Source: Promethearchaeota archaeon
GTDB lineage: Archaea; Asgardarchaeota; Lokiarchaeia; Sigyniarchaeales; SOKP01
Assembly (NCBI GenBank): GCA_030606485.1
Contig: JAUWGH010000001.1
Span: 870,001 to 902,000, forward strand
Direction: 5' to 3'
DNA: 32,000 bases
Part shown: positions 1 through 8,937 of the stretch, one piece after another
How positions within the stretch are numbered: the stretch's first letter is position 1
How the letters are laid out: every line of letters starts with the position of its first letter
Position numbers and translations under genes: made by a program
The notes under the pieces: generated by a model
Told to the model about the DNA's origin: nothing
Databases searched by the model: none
The model's input: only the letters and a program-made list of their open reading frames with translations

Positions 1-1
1 A

Positions 2-1252
2 AATATAAGGAAAGACAAAATACTTAAGGATGCTTATGATTTAAGTTTTCCACGTAGGGTTGGGAGTGAAGGAAATCTCAAAGCAAGAGAACTTTTAGTT
101 TCAAAGATTACAGAACTAGAGTATAAACCACATTTTCAGAATTTTACTTATTCCTATTTATTTCGTTCATTTGTTTTTAATATCATACGAATTATATACA
201 TTTTAGGAATTATTGGGCTATTAATTTTGTATTTTCCTTTTACACAAGAAAGAATCATCTGGATTTTAATTCCCGGAACATTAATTATTGTTTTACTATT
301 AATTGAATTTTCATATTACCAAGAAATAAGTCAATTCTCTCTAATTAATTGGGAGAAATTTAAGCAAAAAAAGCTAATCAGGAATGGAAAAAATATATTT
401 ACAATTAAATCAAATGAATCTATATTAATTTTTTCTGATGAATTAAATGAATTTCAATTAAATTTTGAGAAAAAAAGCAAAAATAAACGCCATATTGTAA
501 TTCTAAGTGCTCATTATGATTCAATAAATGTCTCCTATGGACCTTTTTTAATAATATTTACATCAATTTTTAATACTATAGGCATTTTAATAATTGGATT
601 TTTTCCAATCGTACTTTTAATTCTGCAAGGAATCTGGTACTATACATTTATGATAATTTATCTTATATTCTGTTCTTTGACGATTTTATCATTATTTCTT
701 AGACTTTTTAGAAAATTACAGAATTTTTCTGATGGGGCAATAGATAACGCTAGTGGAGTCTCTACGGTTTTGGGTGTAGCTCGAGCTCTAAAAGAAATAG
801 ATTTACCAAATGTAGATATAATATTTTCCTTTTGGGACGCTGAAGAGGAAGGACTTGTAGGAAGTTTATCATTTGTAGAAAAACACCTTCAAAAATTAAT
901 TAATTTATATGGTATTGAAAAAATTCATGTAATTTCGTATGATGGGTGCGGTTCAAAAGGTCAAATCAGTTTTGGAAGATCTTTTGGCTTTCCCAGGGTA
1001 ATAAAACATGATAAGGGAATAGTCAATAAATTAAAAGCAAGTGCGGAATCATTGGAGATACCTACAAAGACATCATGGTTCTACTATCCTCCGTCGGATC
1101 ATGCTTGTTTTGGGATAAGAAATATAGACTCAGTCTGGTTTTATTCATTCGCTGCAGTATCAAATACAGTAAAAGATAAAAAGGAATTATTAATGGGACA
1201 AACTTTAGCAAACTCGGTTAAAATTTCTCTTCAATATTTATTAAATTTTTGA
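2..1252 (+). CDS. Membrane-embedded M28-family aminopeptidase-like protein, 5' partial
   Basis: The frame is open from position 2 (NIRKDKILKDAYDLSFPRRVGSEGNLKARELL...), so the true start lies upstream of the window and not at 227. Motifs are SAHYDS, GAIDNASG, DAEEEGLVGS, YDG and SDHACF. Two pairs of hydrophobic helices are present. Confidence 0.85.
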   Translation, partial: NIRKDKILKDAYDLSFPRRVGSEGNLKARELLVSKITELEYKPHFQNFTYSYLFRSFVFNIIRIIYILGIIGLLILYFPFTQERIIWILIPGTLIIVLLLIEFSYYQEISQFSLINWEKFKQKKLIRNGKNIFTIKSNESILIFSDELNEFQLNFEKKSKNKRHIVILSAHYDSINVSYGPFLIIFTSIFNTIGILIIGFFPIVLLILQGIWYYTFMIIYLIFCSLTILSLFLRLFRKLQNFSDGAIDNASGVSTVLGVARALKEIDLPNVDIIFSFWDAEEEGLVGSLSFVEKHLQKLINLYGIEKIHVISYDGCGSKGQISFGRSFGFPRVIKHDKGIVNKLKASAESLEIPTKTSWFYYPPSDHACFGIRNIDSVWFYSFAAVSNTVKDKKELLMGQTLANSVKISLQYLLNF

Positions 1253-1333
1253 ATTATTGCGAATTTCTTAAAGACTGTAAAGAAACTTGTGTAAATATTA
1301 AAAAAGAAAAGGAGAGAGTTAATTTACTTAACT

Positions 1334-2587
1334 CTATAAAATTGATCTAAACATTCTTCGGATTGAATTCTTCACAATGAGCAATTGCACGTTTCTCGTA
1401 CCTCCAATAACTTCCTCCACTTTTGAGGCATCTAATGCCTCATCTAGTAGAGTGTTATCAGTGAGAGAAATTCCGCCCATGTGATTTTGAATCTCGTAGG
1501 TAACTTCGTGAGAGAGCTTGCATCCGTAATATTTTATTTGTGATGATAAAGAAGCCATCCATTTTTCGATTTCTTTGCTCGGTTTTTCAGTAAAAAGAAT
1601 TTTATCATCATATATTGATGCAATTTGAAAAGCCATCATTGTAGCTGCTGTGACTTTAGTAAGTAAATCAGCAAGCGGAAACCCAATACCTTGATATCCA
1701 ATTATGTCTTTATTAAATTGTTTTCTCAAATTGGAATAAATAATTCCATGAATGAGTCCATTCCAGCAAATACCTATTGTGCTTCCTACAATACTTATCC
1801 TTTCGGGAATTAAACCGTCAAATAGATAATTATATCCCTTTCCATCATCTCCTAATATGTATGGATATGGAACCTTAACATCTTCAAGAATACTATGAGC
1901 TATATGCACTCTTGGAACGGCATTTATACGTAATCTTTCAGTTCTAATACCAAATTCTTTTTTAAACATTGCTTGGACCATAGTACCCCTCGGATCTTTC
2001 ATATCATATACTCCATATCCAACAAAATAGTCAGCTTTAGGACCATTCGTAGTGAAGATCTTTTCTCCGTTAAATATAACCCCATCATCAGCTTTCTCGC
2101 AAGTTGTTAGCAGATTAACTGCATCTGAACCTCTTTCTGGTTCCGTAATTAAAATACAGCCAATGCCTTTTCCTTCCATTAAATCTGTTTGAACTTTAGA
2201 AATCTCACTTGACTCGCCGTGCTGGAATGTTGGGTTCCCGCAGAGTATTCCACTAGCCAAACGTGCAAGGTCCAGCTGTGGATCACAGATGCTTAAAATT
2301 GTAGCTAATAAAACCTCATATTTCATACCATAAGGAGTAAAATCTTTATATTTATTCATTCGTTGAATATATCCATGTTCTCCAAGTTTTGGAAATAATA
2401 CATAAACATCTTTTTCTCTATCAATTGTAGGGGCTAATTCGATACAAAAATCTTCGAGTTCTTTGACAAAAGCTTGCTCTTCTTCGTTTAATAATGGAAA
2501 GATATTTTGATTTAAAATCTTATAAAAATTACCTATTTCCAGTTTTTCTAAAATTTCATCCTTGATGATTTTTTCTTGTATTTTCAT
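1334..2587 (-). CDS. Acyl-CoA dehydrogenase with an LCAD/IVD-type catalytic arrangement
   Basis: Motifs ITEPERGSDA, FNGEKIFTTNG, RKQFNKDI and IGGTRNVQ. The MCAD-position Glu is replaced by Gly, while the helix-G Glu (PERIS) is present. Confidence 0.9.
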   Translation of the reverse strand: MKIQEKIIKDEILEKLEIGNFYKILNQNIFPLLNEEEQAFVKELEDFCIELAPTIDREKDVYVLFPKLGEHGYIQRMNKYKDFTPYGMKYEVLLATILSICDPQLDLARLASGILCGNPTFQHGESSEISKVQTDLMEGKGIGCILITEPERGSDAVNLLTTCEKADDGVIFNGEKIFTTNGPKADYFVGYGVYDMKDPRGTMVQAMFKKEFGIRTERLRINAVPRVHIAHSILEDVKVPYPYILGDDGKGYNYLFDGLIPERISIVGSTIGICWNGLIHGIIYSNLRKQFNKDIIGYQGIGFPLADLLTKVTAATMMAFQIASIYDDKILFTEKPSKEIEKWMASLSSQIKYYGCKLSHEVTYEIQNHMGGISLTDNTLLDEALDASKVEEVIGGTRNVQLLIVKNSIRRMFRSIL

Positions 2588-2786
2588 ATTTAACTCAATT
2601 TAAATATTCATTTTAAAGTCTAATATCCATTAAAAACGAAACATATTTTATTAATTTATAACATTCTAATTATCAAATTTTTAAATATATTAACTAAATT
2701 CTACAATAAATAAGAAATGATTTATAACTAAGAAATAAAATTATTATTTTAATAGAATTAAAAAAAAGGAATAATTCTGAAGAAAA

Positions 2787-4382
2787 ATGTCAACCTTTAT
2801 TTTTGTATTCATCATATCCAGCGGTTTATTGACGTTTTTCTTATTATTGACGTTTTTCTATTATCAACAAATACAAAAAATGCAGATGACTGAAGAACTT
2901 GAGAAAAAAGAAAAATCTTTAGACATTATACTTGAGAAATATGCCCTTAAAGAAAAGAAAAATGTTATGTTAGAAAAATTGGCTCAAATTTCTCAAATAA
3001 TTGCTGAAACTGAAAGTGAAATTGCCGAAAAAACATCTCAAAGAACAAAACTTGCAGAAGAGTCTTTTAAGGAAAGAAGTTCTGAAGTAGAAATTATTCA
3101 ACAAGCAGATGTTAAATATCGGACATTTTCTAAAGGTTTATCATCAGCAATGCCAATTTCTGAAGAAGAAAGGCAAAGGGACTTAAAAGATTTAAAAAAT
3201 GTAATGGAAATATTGGAAAGTTTGGAAGAAACAAAATATTTAAAAGATCAAAAGACGGTTGATGTTGCAAGAGGTTTGTTTTTTGATAAGATGTCTCAAA
3301 AAATTAATTCTATAATAAATGAATTAAATTTAAGAGATCATAAAATAATACCTAACGATAGATTGATATTTCATTCCTTAAAAAGTATTCCTCAATTAAA
3401 GAATGAGGATTTTGAATCAATTTTTAATATAATGAAAGAGACTGGATTTTTTAATGATTTTATTGAAGTCAATCCAGAGTTGAGTTTAATTGTTTTTAAA
3501 AGGGAAAAACTAAGTTTTAATCAATCTGAAAAGGTTCTTCTTGCATTTGCATATGCAGAAGATTATTTAACTCCTCAAAAATTAATGGAACTTACTGAAT
3601 GGAATAACGATTTTGCTATGAAGGTGATAAATTCATTAAAAGAAAAAGAACTTCTAACAATATATGATGAAAACATCAAAATTGACGGCTTTGGAAATGT
3701 AGATGAGAGGAAAAAATGGAATGAATTCATAGAAAATCAAATTAAACAAGAAAAAGAAGATTTTGAACGAAAAAGACGCCGTCAAAAAGAGAGAGAAGAT
3801 GAATTTAAAGAAAAAATGCGTTTAAAACAACAAAAGCTAAAAAAAATTGAAGATCAGAGGTTAAAAGATATAGATGATTTAAAGATTACTATAGAAAAAC
3901 TGGAGGAAATTGCTTATTTCGATACTAAACCGTCGTCCCAAGAAATCACTAGAGAACAAATTTCGGAAAAAATACTTGAATATTATGAGCAAAATCTAAT
4001 CTTAAATGGAGGATTAATGCAATTTGCAAAAATTTATGACCATATAAAAGAAGATTATCCAAAGATAATTGTTAAAAAGATTTTAGATGTTCTCCATAAA
4101 TTCCAAGAAATGCAAATGATTAAAGATTCTTTTATGTTAGGAAGAGGAAGAATATACCTGTTTCAAGAAATGGAATTGGATGATAAAGATAAAGAGTTTT
4201 TATTATTTACAATAAATAAAAAACCCATGACAAAAGAAGAATTTTTAAAAGGACTAAAATGGGATGAGGAGAATTTATTAAAAATCATGAAAAAACTTCA
4301 GGGATATAATATTTTAAGAATTGAAAAAAACAAAATAGTAATTCCCGGAATTAAACAAACAGAAGTAATAGATGAAAAATAG
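2787..4382 (+). CDS. N-terminally membrane-anchored coiled-coil protein with two EAP30/Vps22-36 (ESCRT-II)-like winged-helix modules
   Basis: Hydrophobic aa 4-26 and coiled coils at about aa 30-155 and 305-375. Modules at about aa 163-302 and 388-522 resemble Vps22 (QISEKILE..NGGL; ELDDKDKEFL..MTKEEF..LKWDEE). Confidence 0.65.
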   Translation: MSTFIFVFIISSGLLTFFLLLTFFYYQQIQKMQMTEELEKKEKSLDIILEKYALKEKKNVMLEKLAQISQIIAETESEIAEKTSQRTKLAEESFKERSSEVEIIQQADVKYRTFSKGLSSAMPISEEERQRDLKDLKNVMEILESLEETKYLKDQKTVDVARGLFFDKMSQKINSIINELNLRDHKIIPNDRLIFHSLKSIPQLKNEDFESIFNIMKETGFFNDFIEVNPELSLIVFKREKLSFNQSEKVLLAFAYAEDYLTPQKLMELTEWNNDFAMKVINSLKEKELLTIYDENIKIDGFGNVDERKKWNEFIENQIKQEKEDFERKRRRQKEREDEFKEKMRLKQQKLKKIEDQRLKDIDDLKITIEKLEEIAYFDTKPSSQEITREQISEKILEYYEQNLILNGGLMQFAKIYDHIKEDYPKIIVKKILDVLHKFQEMQMIKDSFMLGRGRIYLFQEMELDDKDKEFLLFTINKKPMTKEEFLKGLKWDEENLLKIMKKLQGYNILRIEKNKIVIPGIKQTEVIDEK

Positions 4383-4383
4383 T

Positions 4384-4542
4384 CTAAGAGTATTTCTCTT
4401 TTATAATTTTCATAACTGTATTAATCTCTTCTAAATAAGTTTCTTTTTTCCCAAAGATATAAAATCTGACATCAGGTCCGGTTCCACTTGGTCTAAAATA
4501 TAATTTTGCTTGGTCTCTCTCTAATTCAAAGATATTAATTTT
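4384..4542 (-). pseudogene. Orphan 3'-terminal fragment (about 52 codons plus stop) of a phosphohexomutase gene
   Basis: Encodes KINIFELERDQAKLYFRPSGTGPDVRFYIFGKKETYLEEI..., homologous to the C-terminus of 6137..7870 (KIDTYRLKSEDSILYFRPSGTGPDVRFYIFGKRETHLEEI). Hand alignment gives 60/72 nt identity for 4431-4502 versus 6181-6252. Confidence 0.85.
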
Positions 4543-6292
4543 TATCAAATATATAAAATTAAAAAAAAGATCTAATCGTTTAGACAAATAGAAAAATAGG
4601 GTATCAAGAATTATTTGATTATATACCAGATAAGGATCTTTTTGTAAAATAAAATTAGTAAATTGCTTAAGACTCCTGTTAATAATATGTGTAAGAAAAT
4701 ATTTAAAATTAAAGATCAAATAAAAAGAAATCTTGAAAAAAAAAAATTTCTATTTAAATACTTTTTAAAAAAAACTATGAATTACAAAAAATTCATTTAG
4801 GAGAAATTAGAAGAAATAATTGGAAATTTTGATATGCATGAAAAAAAGATTGAGGAATTAAAAAAATACAGTGCAAATGATTTATTTGAAGATATAAGAA
4901 AAAATTTAGAAAGCATTGTTCCTTTAGATGTTTTATGGGGAGGAAAATTAACTGATACAATGTTAAGTCTATACTTAGGTCAAGTAGAAAGCCATATAAG
5001 AAGAAAAAAAAATAAGGGTAATGAAATTGTACAAGATATGTTGGGTGATTATGAATTATTCCTAAAATCTAGATTTAGTTTATGGAAGAAAGAGGCCGTT
5101 GATAAAGAATATAGGTTATTGTTACGAGATGTTAAAGATAAAATTATTAAATTTTTAGAGAAATATCGGGAGCTAAACAATTTGAAAAAGTATAAGCACG
5201 GTATAACTGTTTTTGAGCATCATCCTAATCTTAAAGTGAATTATTTTGAGCGGATAGACACGAAAGAAAAGGCTTATTGGCTCGGTTGGTTGTTTGCTGA
5301 AGGATGGTTATCAAAAATTGGTGATTCTGATTCTTTTGAATTTGGAGTTGGGTGTAATTCAGAAGACATAGAACTGTTAGAAAGGTTTACTGAGGAAATT
5401 GGTTATGATATAAGATATAGACAAGTAAAGCGATATAGAAACAAAGATGGTGAGGTAAAAGAGTTCATTATTGTTAGGTTTGATAATAAAGAATTTGCGT
5501 ATTGGCTTCAATGTCATGGATTCATTGCAGGTAAAGCGAAATCGAAAAATATAGAACTCCCTAAATTAAAATCTCGAAAACAATATTTATCTTTTGTTTT
5601 AGGGTTTTATGACGGTGATGGGATAGCAAAGACTTCTGAGATATGTTGTGGAAGTAAAAGATTTCTGGAGAAAATTAAAGATTTATTTAATATTAATTGC
5701 AAAATTACTCGGAGTATTTCTGAAGGGATAATGCCTGATGGACGTGTAATTAAAGGTACTGTAAATGGTTTATTTTTAGGTGCTGATTTATACAATGAAA
5801 TGTTGGATAACTACCAAAAAAGTTTGGAAAGAAAGAGAAATCGTCTCACAGGTATAAAACAAAGGTTAGTACAACTTAATAAGGCAAGAGAAAAGATGAG
5901 GAAATTTAAACTTACACCAGGAGAATTAGAAACTCTCTTATGGTTGAAGCCAATGACAGACATTGCCAAATCTTTAGGAGTAAGTTATGGAAGAATACAA
6001 CATTACAAGGATAGATGGGTTAATAAAGGTCTCATTAAAGCGCCGCTCCAAGGATACTGGAGGCGTAAAAAGAATCGAAGAATAAAAAAAAGAAAAGTTG
6101 AGATTGATCCTTAGAATTTTTTCTTGGATGACAGCATTATTTGTAATTATTTACAAATTCCATTACTCTTTTTATTTCTTCTAAGTGAGTTTCTCTTTTC
6201 CCAAAGATGTAAAACCTGACATCAGGACCTGTTCCCGAAGGTCTGAAATATAGAATAGAATCCTCACTTTTTAGTCGATAAGTATCAATCTT
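4543..6292. mobile_element. Putative homing element: LAGLIDADG ORF plus a replacement 3' end of the phosphomutase gene
   Basis: Inferred from the endonuclease lying between two diverged copies of the host gene 3' end. Boundaries are approximate. Confidence 0.55.
4834..6114 (+). CDS. Free-standing double-motif LAGLIDADG homing endonuclease-like protein with terminal HTH-like domains
   Basis: Motif 1 is YFERIDTKEKAYWLGWLFAEG and motif 2 is SFVLGFYDGDG. The C-terminal HTH is LTPGELETLLWLKPMTDIAKSLGVS...PLQGYW. No intein Hint motifs are visible. Confidence 0.85.
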   Translation: MHEKKIEELKKYSANDLFEDIRKNLESIVPLDVLWGGKLTDTMLSLYLGQVESHIRRKKNKGNEIVQDMLGDYELFLKSRFSLWKKEAVDKEYRLLLRDVKDKIIKFLEKYRELNNLKKYKHGITVFEHHPNLKVNYFERIDTKEKAYWLGWLFAEGWLSKIGDSDSFEFGVGCNSEDIELLERFTEEIGYDIRYRQVKRYRNKDGEVKEFIIVRFDNKEFAYWLQCHGFIAGKAKSKNIELPKLKSRKQYLSFVLGFYDGDGIAKTSEICCGSKRFLEKIKDLFNINCKITRSISEGIMPDGRVIKGTVNGLFLGADLYNEMLDNYQKSLERKRNRLTGIKQRLVQLNKAREKMRKFKLTPGELETLLWLKPMTDIAKSLGVSYGRIQHYKDRWVNKGLIKAPLQGYWRRKKNRRIKKRKVEIDP

Positions 6293-7870
6293 ATTATTAT
6301 TATCAGATAAACTTTTAATTTGATAATTTTTATTATCGATTTTTATGGATTTTCCATCATTCTTCTCAAAATTTTTCATTATATTGATTTTCTGCTCGTC
6401 AACAGCGGGAATGGTCCTATTTATTCCCTTAATTGTCCAATCTATTGCATCGGAAATTCGATATCCTCTGGCTATTAATTCACTTAAAATTATTAATGCT
6501 GGAACGGGATATTTATCTGCAATTATAGGAAAGGGCGTTTCAAAATCATACTCTTCCGTGTTATCATTTTTGGAAACTTTTAATATGTTGAATGTATGAC
6601 CCCCGCTTTCCTCCCATGCTGCAATTATTAAGTTTTCATTAGTAAGTTCTTTATTCTTAACTATTTTTCTTATACTTTCTTTGAGTGGTGTTGAATTATT
6701 AATTTTTACAAATTTATCATTATCTTCAACATATAATATTCCTGTATCAATTTTTGATTGATCTACTTCAACCCCAAATAAGAAATACAAAATAACACCT
6801 AAATGTTTATATCCTACACCTGTCAAAATATTTAGAATTGAAGTATGGTCACCCCTATAATCGCTTGGAATAGTTCTTATGTTAATTATTTTGCAAGAGA
6901 ATTCCTTTGCAAGAATATTATGCATGGCAGTGTAAAACTCGTTTGGTATATAGAGATTATATTCATTATCTTCCTTTAAAAAGAATGCAAGTCGATCTCT
7001 ATCAGCGTCTAATAATATCGCAATTTTTGAATCAACAGATTCCATCGTTTGAATTAACTTTTCTCTCCTTAATTCCTTAATTGGATTAGGTGGGTTGATT
7101 GTTTCTTCTATTAAGGTAATATCAGCTCCATATTCTTTAAAAAGATTCACAATACCCCTTGCCTTGCCTAAATATGGCCATATAACAATTTTCGCATTTT
7201 TTAATGCTTGAATTTCAATAATTTCAGAAAGTAAATCTTTAATATACTCATTATTTTTCTGTTCTGCACCAATTCTATTTTCTTTAAATTTCTTCTTAAA
7301 TTTTATTTCATTTAAGGTAAGTGCTATACTAGAAATTTGTTTCATTAAATCCCCCGAAATAGGAATTGGATATTTCATATAGACTTTAAGTCCATTCCAA
7401 TCTAATGGATTGTGCGATGCAGTAATCATTAAAGCCAGATTTATATCTTCATATAATGCAACTGATGCACTAGCATAAGGAGCAGACATTAATGAATTAC
7501 CATCACCATTTTTCTGAAAGAAAATTTCAAAACCATCATAAGCAAACATTTGAGCACAAAGTTTTACTAAATAATTACTACTCGGACGACAATCGGAAAC
7601 AATTAATATTTTCGGATTTTCTTCACTAAAATCTTCTTGATATTTGGTGCTGATCGCTTTAGCAACGCGAAGATAGAGAAATAATTTTTGATTAGTTAAA
7701 AGATATGTTCCTGAAGGTTCTATTGAATCAAAAAGTTTAATTCTTAAACCTGATGTTGGTGGAACAATAGGATCAACAATTTTTTGCTCCTCTTCATTCA
7801 AATCAGGTAATCTTATTAAATTGTAATCATCAAATTCCTCAAAATTTAATTTTTCAATTTTAAATTCCAT
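6137..7870 (-). CDS. Alpha-D-phosphohexomutase (phosphomannomutase/phosphoglucomutase family)
   Basis: Phosphoserine loop TASHNP, metal loop DADRDR, sugar loop WEESGG and phosphate loop RPSGT. Confidence 0.92.
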   Translation of the reverse strand: MEFKIEKLNFEEFDDYNLIRLPDLNEEEQKIVDPIVPPTSGLRIKLFDSIEPSGTYLLTNQKLFLYLRVAKAISTKYQEDFSEENPKILIVSDCRPSSNYLVKLCAQMFAYDGFEIFFQKNGDGNSLMSAPYASASVALYEDINLALMITASHNPLDWNGLKVYMKYPIPISGDLMKQISSIALTLNEIKFKKKFKENRIGAEQKNNEYIKDLLSEIIEIQALKNAKIVIWPYLGKARGIVNLFKEYGADITLIEETINPPNPIKELRREKLIQTMESVDSKIAILLDADRDRLAFFLKEDNEYNLYIPNEFYTAMHNILAKEFSCKIINIRTIPSDYRGDHTSILNILTGVGYKHLGVILYFLFGVEVDQSKIDTGILYVEDNDKFVKINNSTPLKESIRKIVKNKELTNENLIIAAWEESGGHTFNILKVSKNDNTEEYDFETPFPIIADKYPVPALIILSELIARGYRISDAIDWTIKGINRTIPAVDEQKINIMKNFEKNDGKSIKIDNKNYQIKSLSDNNNKIDTYRLKSEDSILYFRPSGTGPDVRFYIFGKRETHLEEIKRVMEFVNNYK

Positions 7871-7915
7871 ATTTATTACACAAACCTTTTATTAAAATAA
7901 GAAATTAGAAATTTT

Positions 7916-8800
7916 TTATTTCAGATGTTTTTTTTCTATTGTTTCGATTGCATTTCTTAAAATTTCATGAATTTTTTCCCGATAAACAAGATTTATTGCA
8001 ACCATACCATATGTTTTTATTTGCCTTTTATCAGTAGAGAGTAATTTCTCACAAAATTCAGGAGTTAATCTATTGTCTAAATCTTGCTTATTTGCTATCC
8101 CGATAATCAATTCATCTTCATAATATTTATCTAAGATTTCATGTATAATTTTTTTAGAACCATATATATTCTCATAAGTAGAATCAGTTACTAATAAAGC
8201 TATTTCTGTACCAGAAAGTAAGCTTGTCCATAAACTCTGAAAATTTTCTTGGCCCGCAAAATCCCAGAAAACAACTTCTCTTTTACCTCCAAACCCATCA
8301 TAAGTTGTAATATCAGCAGTCATTGTAGGTACGTATTCTAAATTAATATCTTTCCCACAAATTAAATGAAGAAGTGTTGTTTTTCCAACCCCTCCAAATC
8401 CAATTATTGAGACTTTTATCGCGCCAAGAACAATTTTATCAAGTTCTTCGTTAAATTCTTTAAATATTGAGCGATTACCCGCCCATTTATTATCTTTAAC
8501 AATATCTTCGAATTTTTCTAAGAATTTTTCGGCTATATTATTTAATTTATTGGTTATTTCTTTATCTTCATCTTCTTTATCTGCACAAACAACAAATATT
8601 ATGTCTTTAACAGAGATATAGAAGAATTTATTATCTCCAGTCTCAGTAGATTTTATTTCTGATTGACTAATTTCTTGCATAAAACTTGAAAATGCACTTA
8701 AAAAACCAGCCAATAGATCTTTATCAACCTCCGAAACACCGTAATTACGGAATAACAAAGATTTTCCATTATTAGTTAATATATTAACGTATTGGATCAA
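7916..8800 (-). CDS. Longin domain fused to an Arf-related small GTPase
   Basis: The N-terminal ~120 aa show a longin pattern (GKSLLFRNY..DLLAGFLSAFSSFMQEI..IIFVVCAD). GTPase motifs are G1 GFGGVGKTT, G2 YVPT, G3 WDFAGQ, LVTDST and G4 NKQD. Confidence 0.82.
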   Translation of the reverse strand: MIQYVNILTNNGKSLLFRNYGVSEVDKDLLAGFLSAFSSFMQEISQSEIKSTETGDNKFFYISVKDIIFVVCADKEDEDKEITNKLNNIAEKFLEKFEDIVKDNKWAGNRSIFKEFNEELDKIVLGAIKVSIIGFGGVGKTTLLHLICGKDINLEYVPTMTADITTYDGFGGKREVVFWDFAGQENFQSLWTSLLSGTEIALLVTDSTYENIYGSKKIIHEILDKYYEDELIIGIANKQDLDNRLTPEFCEKLLSTDKRQIKTYGMVAINLVYREKIHEILRNAIETIEKKHLK

Positions 8801-8937
8801 TTTTTTTGCAAACGAGGATTTATTTTTTCAATTATTATTATTAATATATAAGTCATAAAATAAATAATTCTTTAAATAAATTTAAATTAAATATCCATCT
8901 TCAAAGGATCATAGAGTTAAATTCATGATAAAAAATA

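Larger units (their letters stand above)
4384..6292. repeat. Diverged direct repeat pair (about 4384-4542 and 6137-6292) flanking the LAGLIDADG ORF
   Basis: Both copies are the phosphomutase 3' end on the minus strand. A 19-aa stretch is identical between them, with synonymous differences. Confidence 0.85.

Noticed and set aside
4384-4719. 111-aa ORF as a genuine full-length protein
   Set aside because: Only the last ~52 codons are homologous to the phosphomutase. The upstream part is F/I/L/N/K-rich, as expected from translating AT-rich non-coding DNA.
4834-6114. LAGLIDADG ORF as an intein or intron-encoded endonuclease
   Set aside because: It has no Hint splicing motifs, lies on the opposite strand to the host gene, and the phosphomutase reading frame is complete without splicing.
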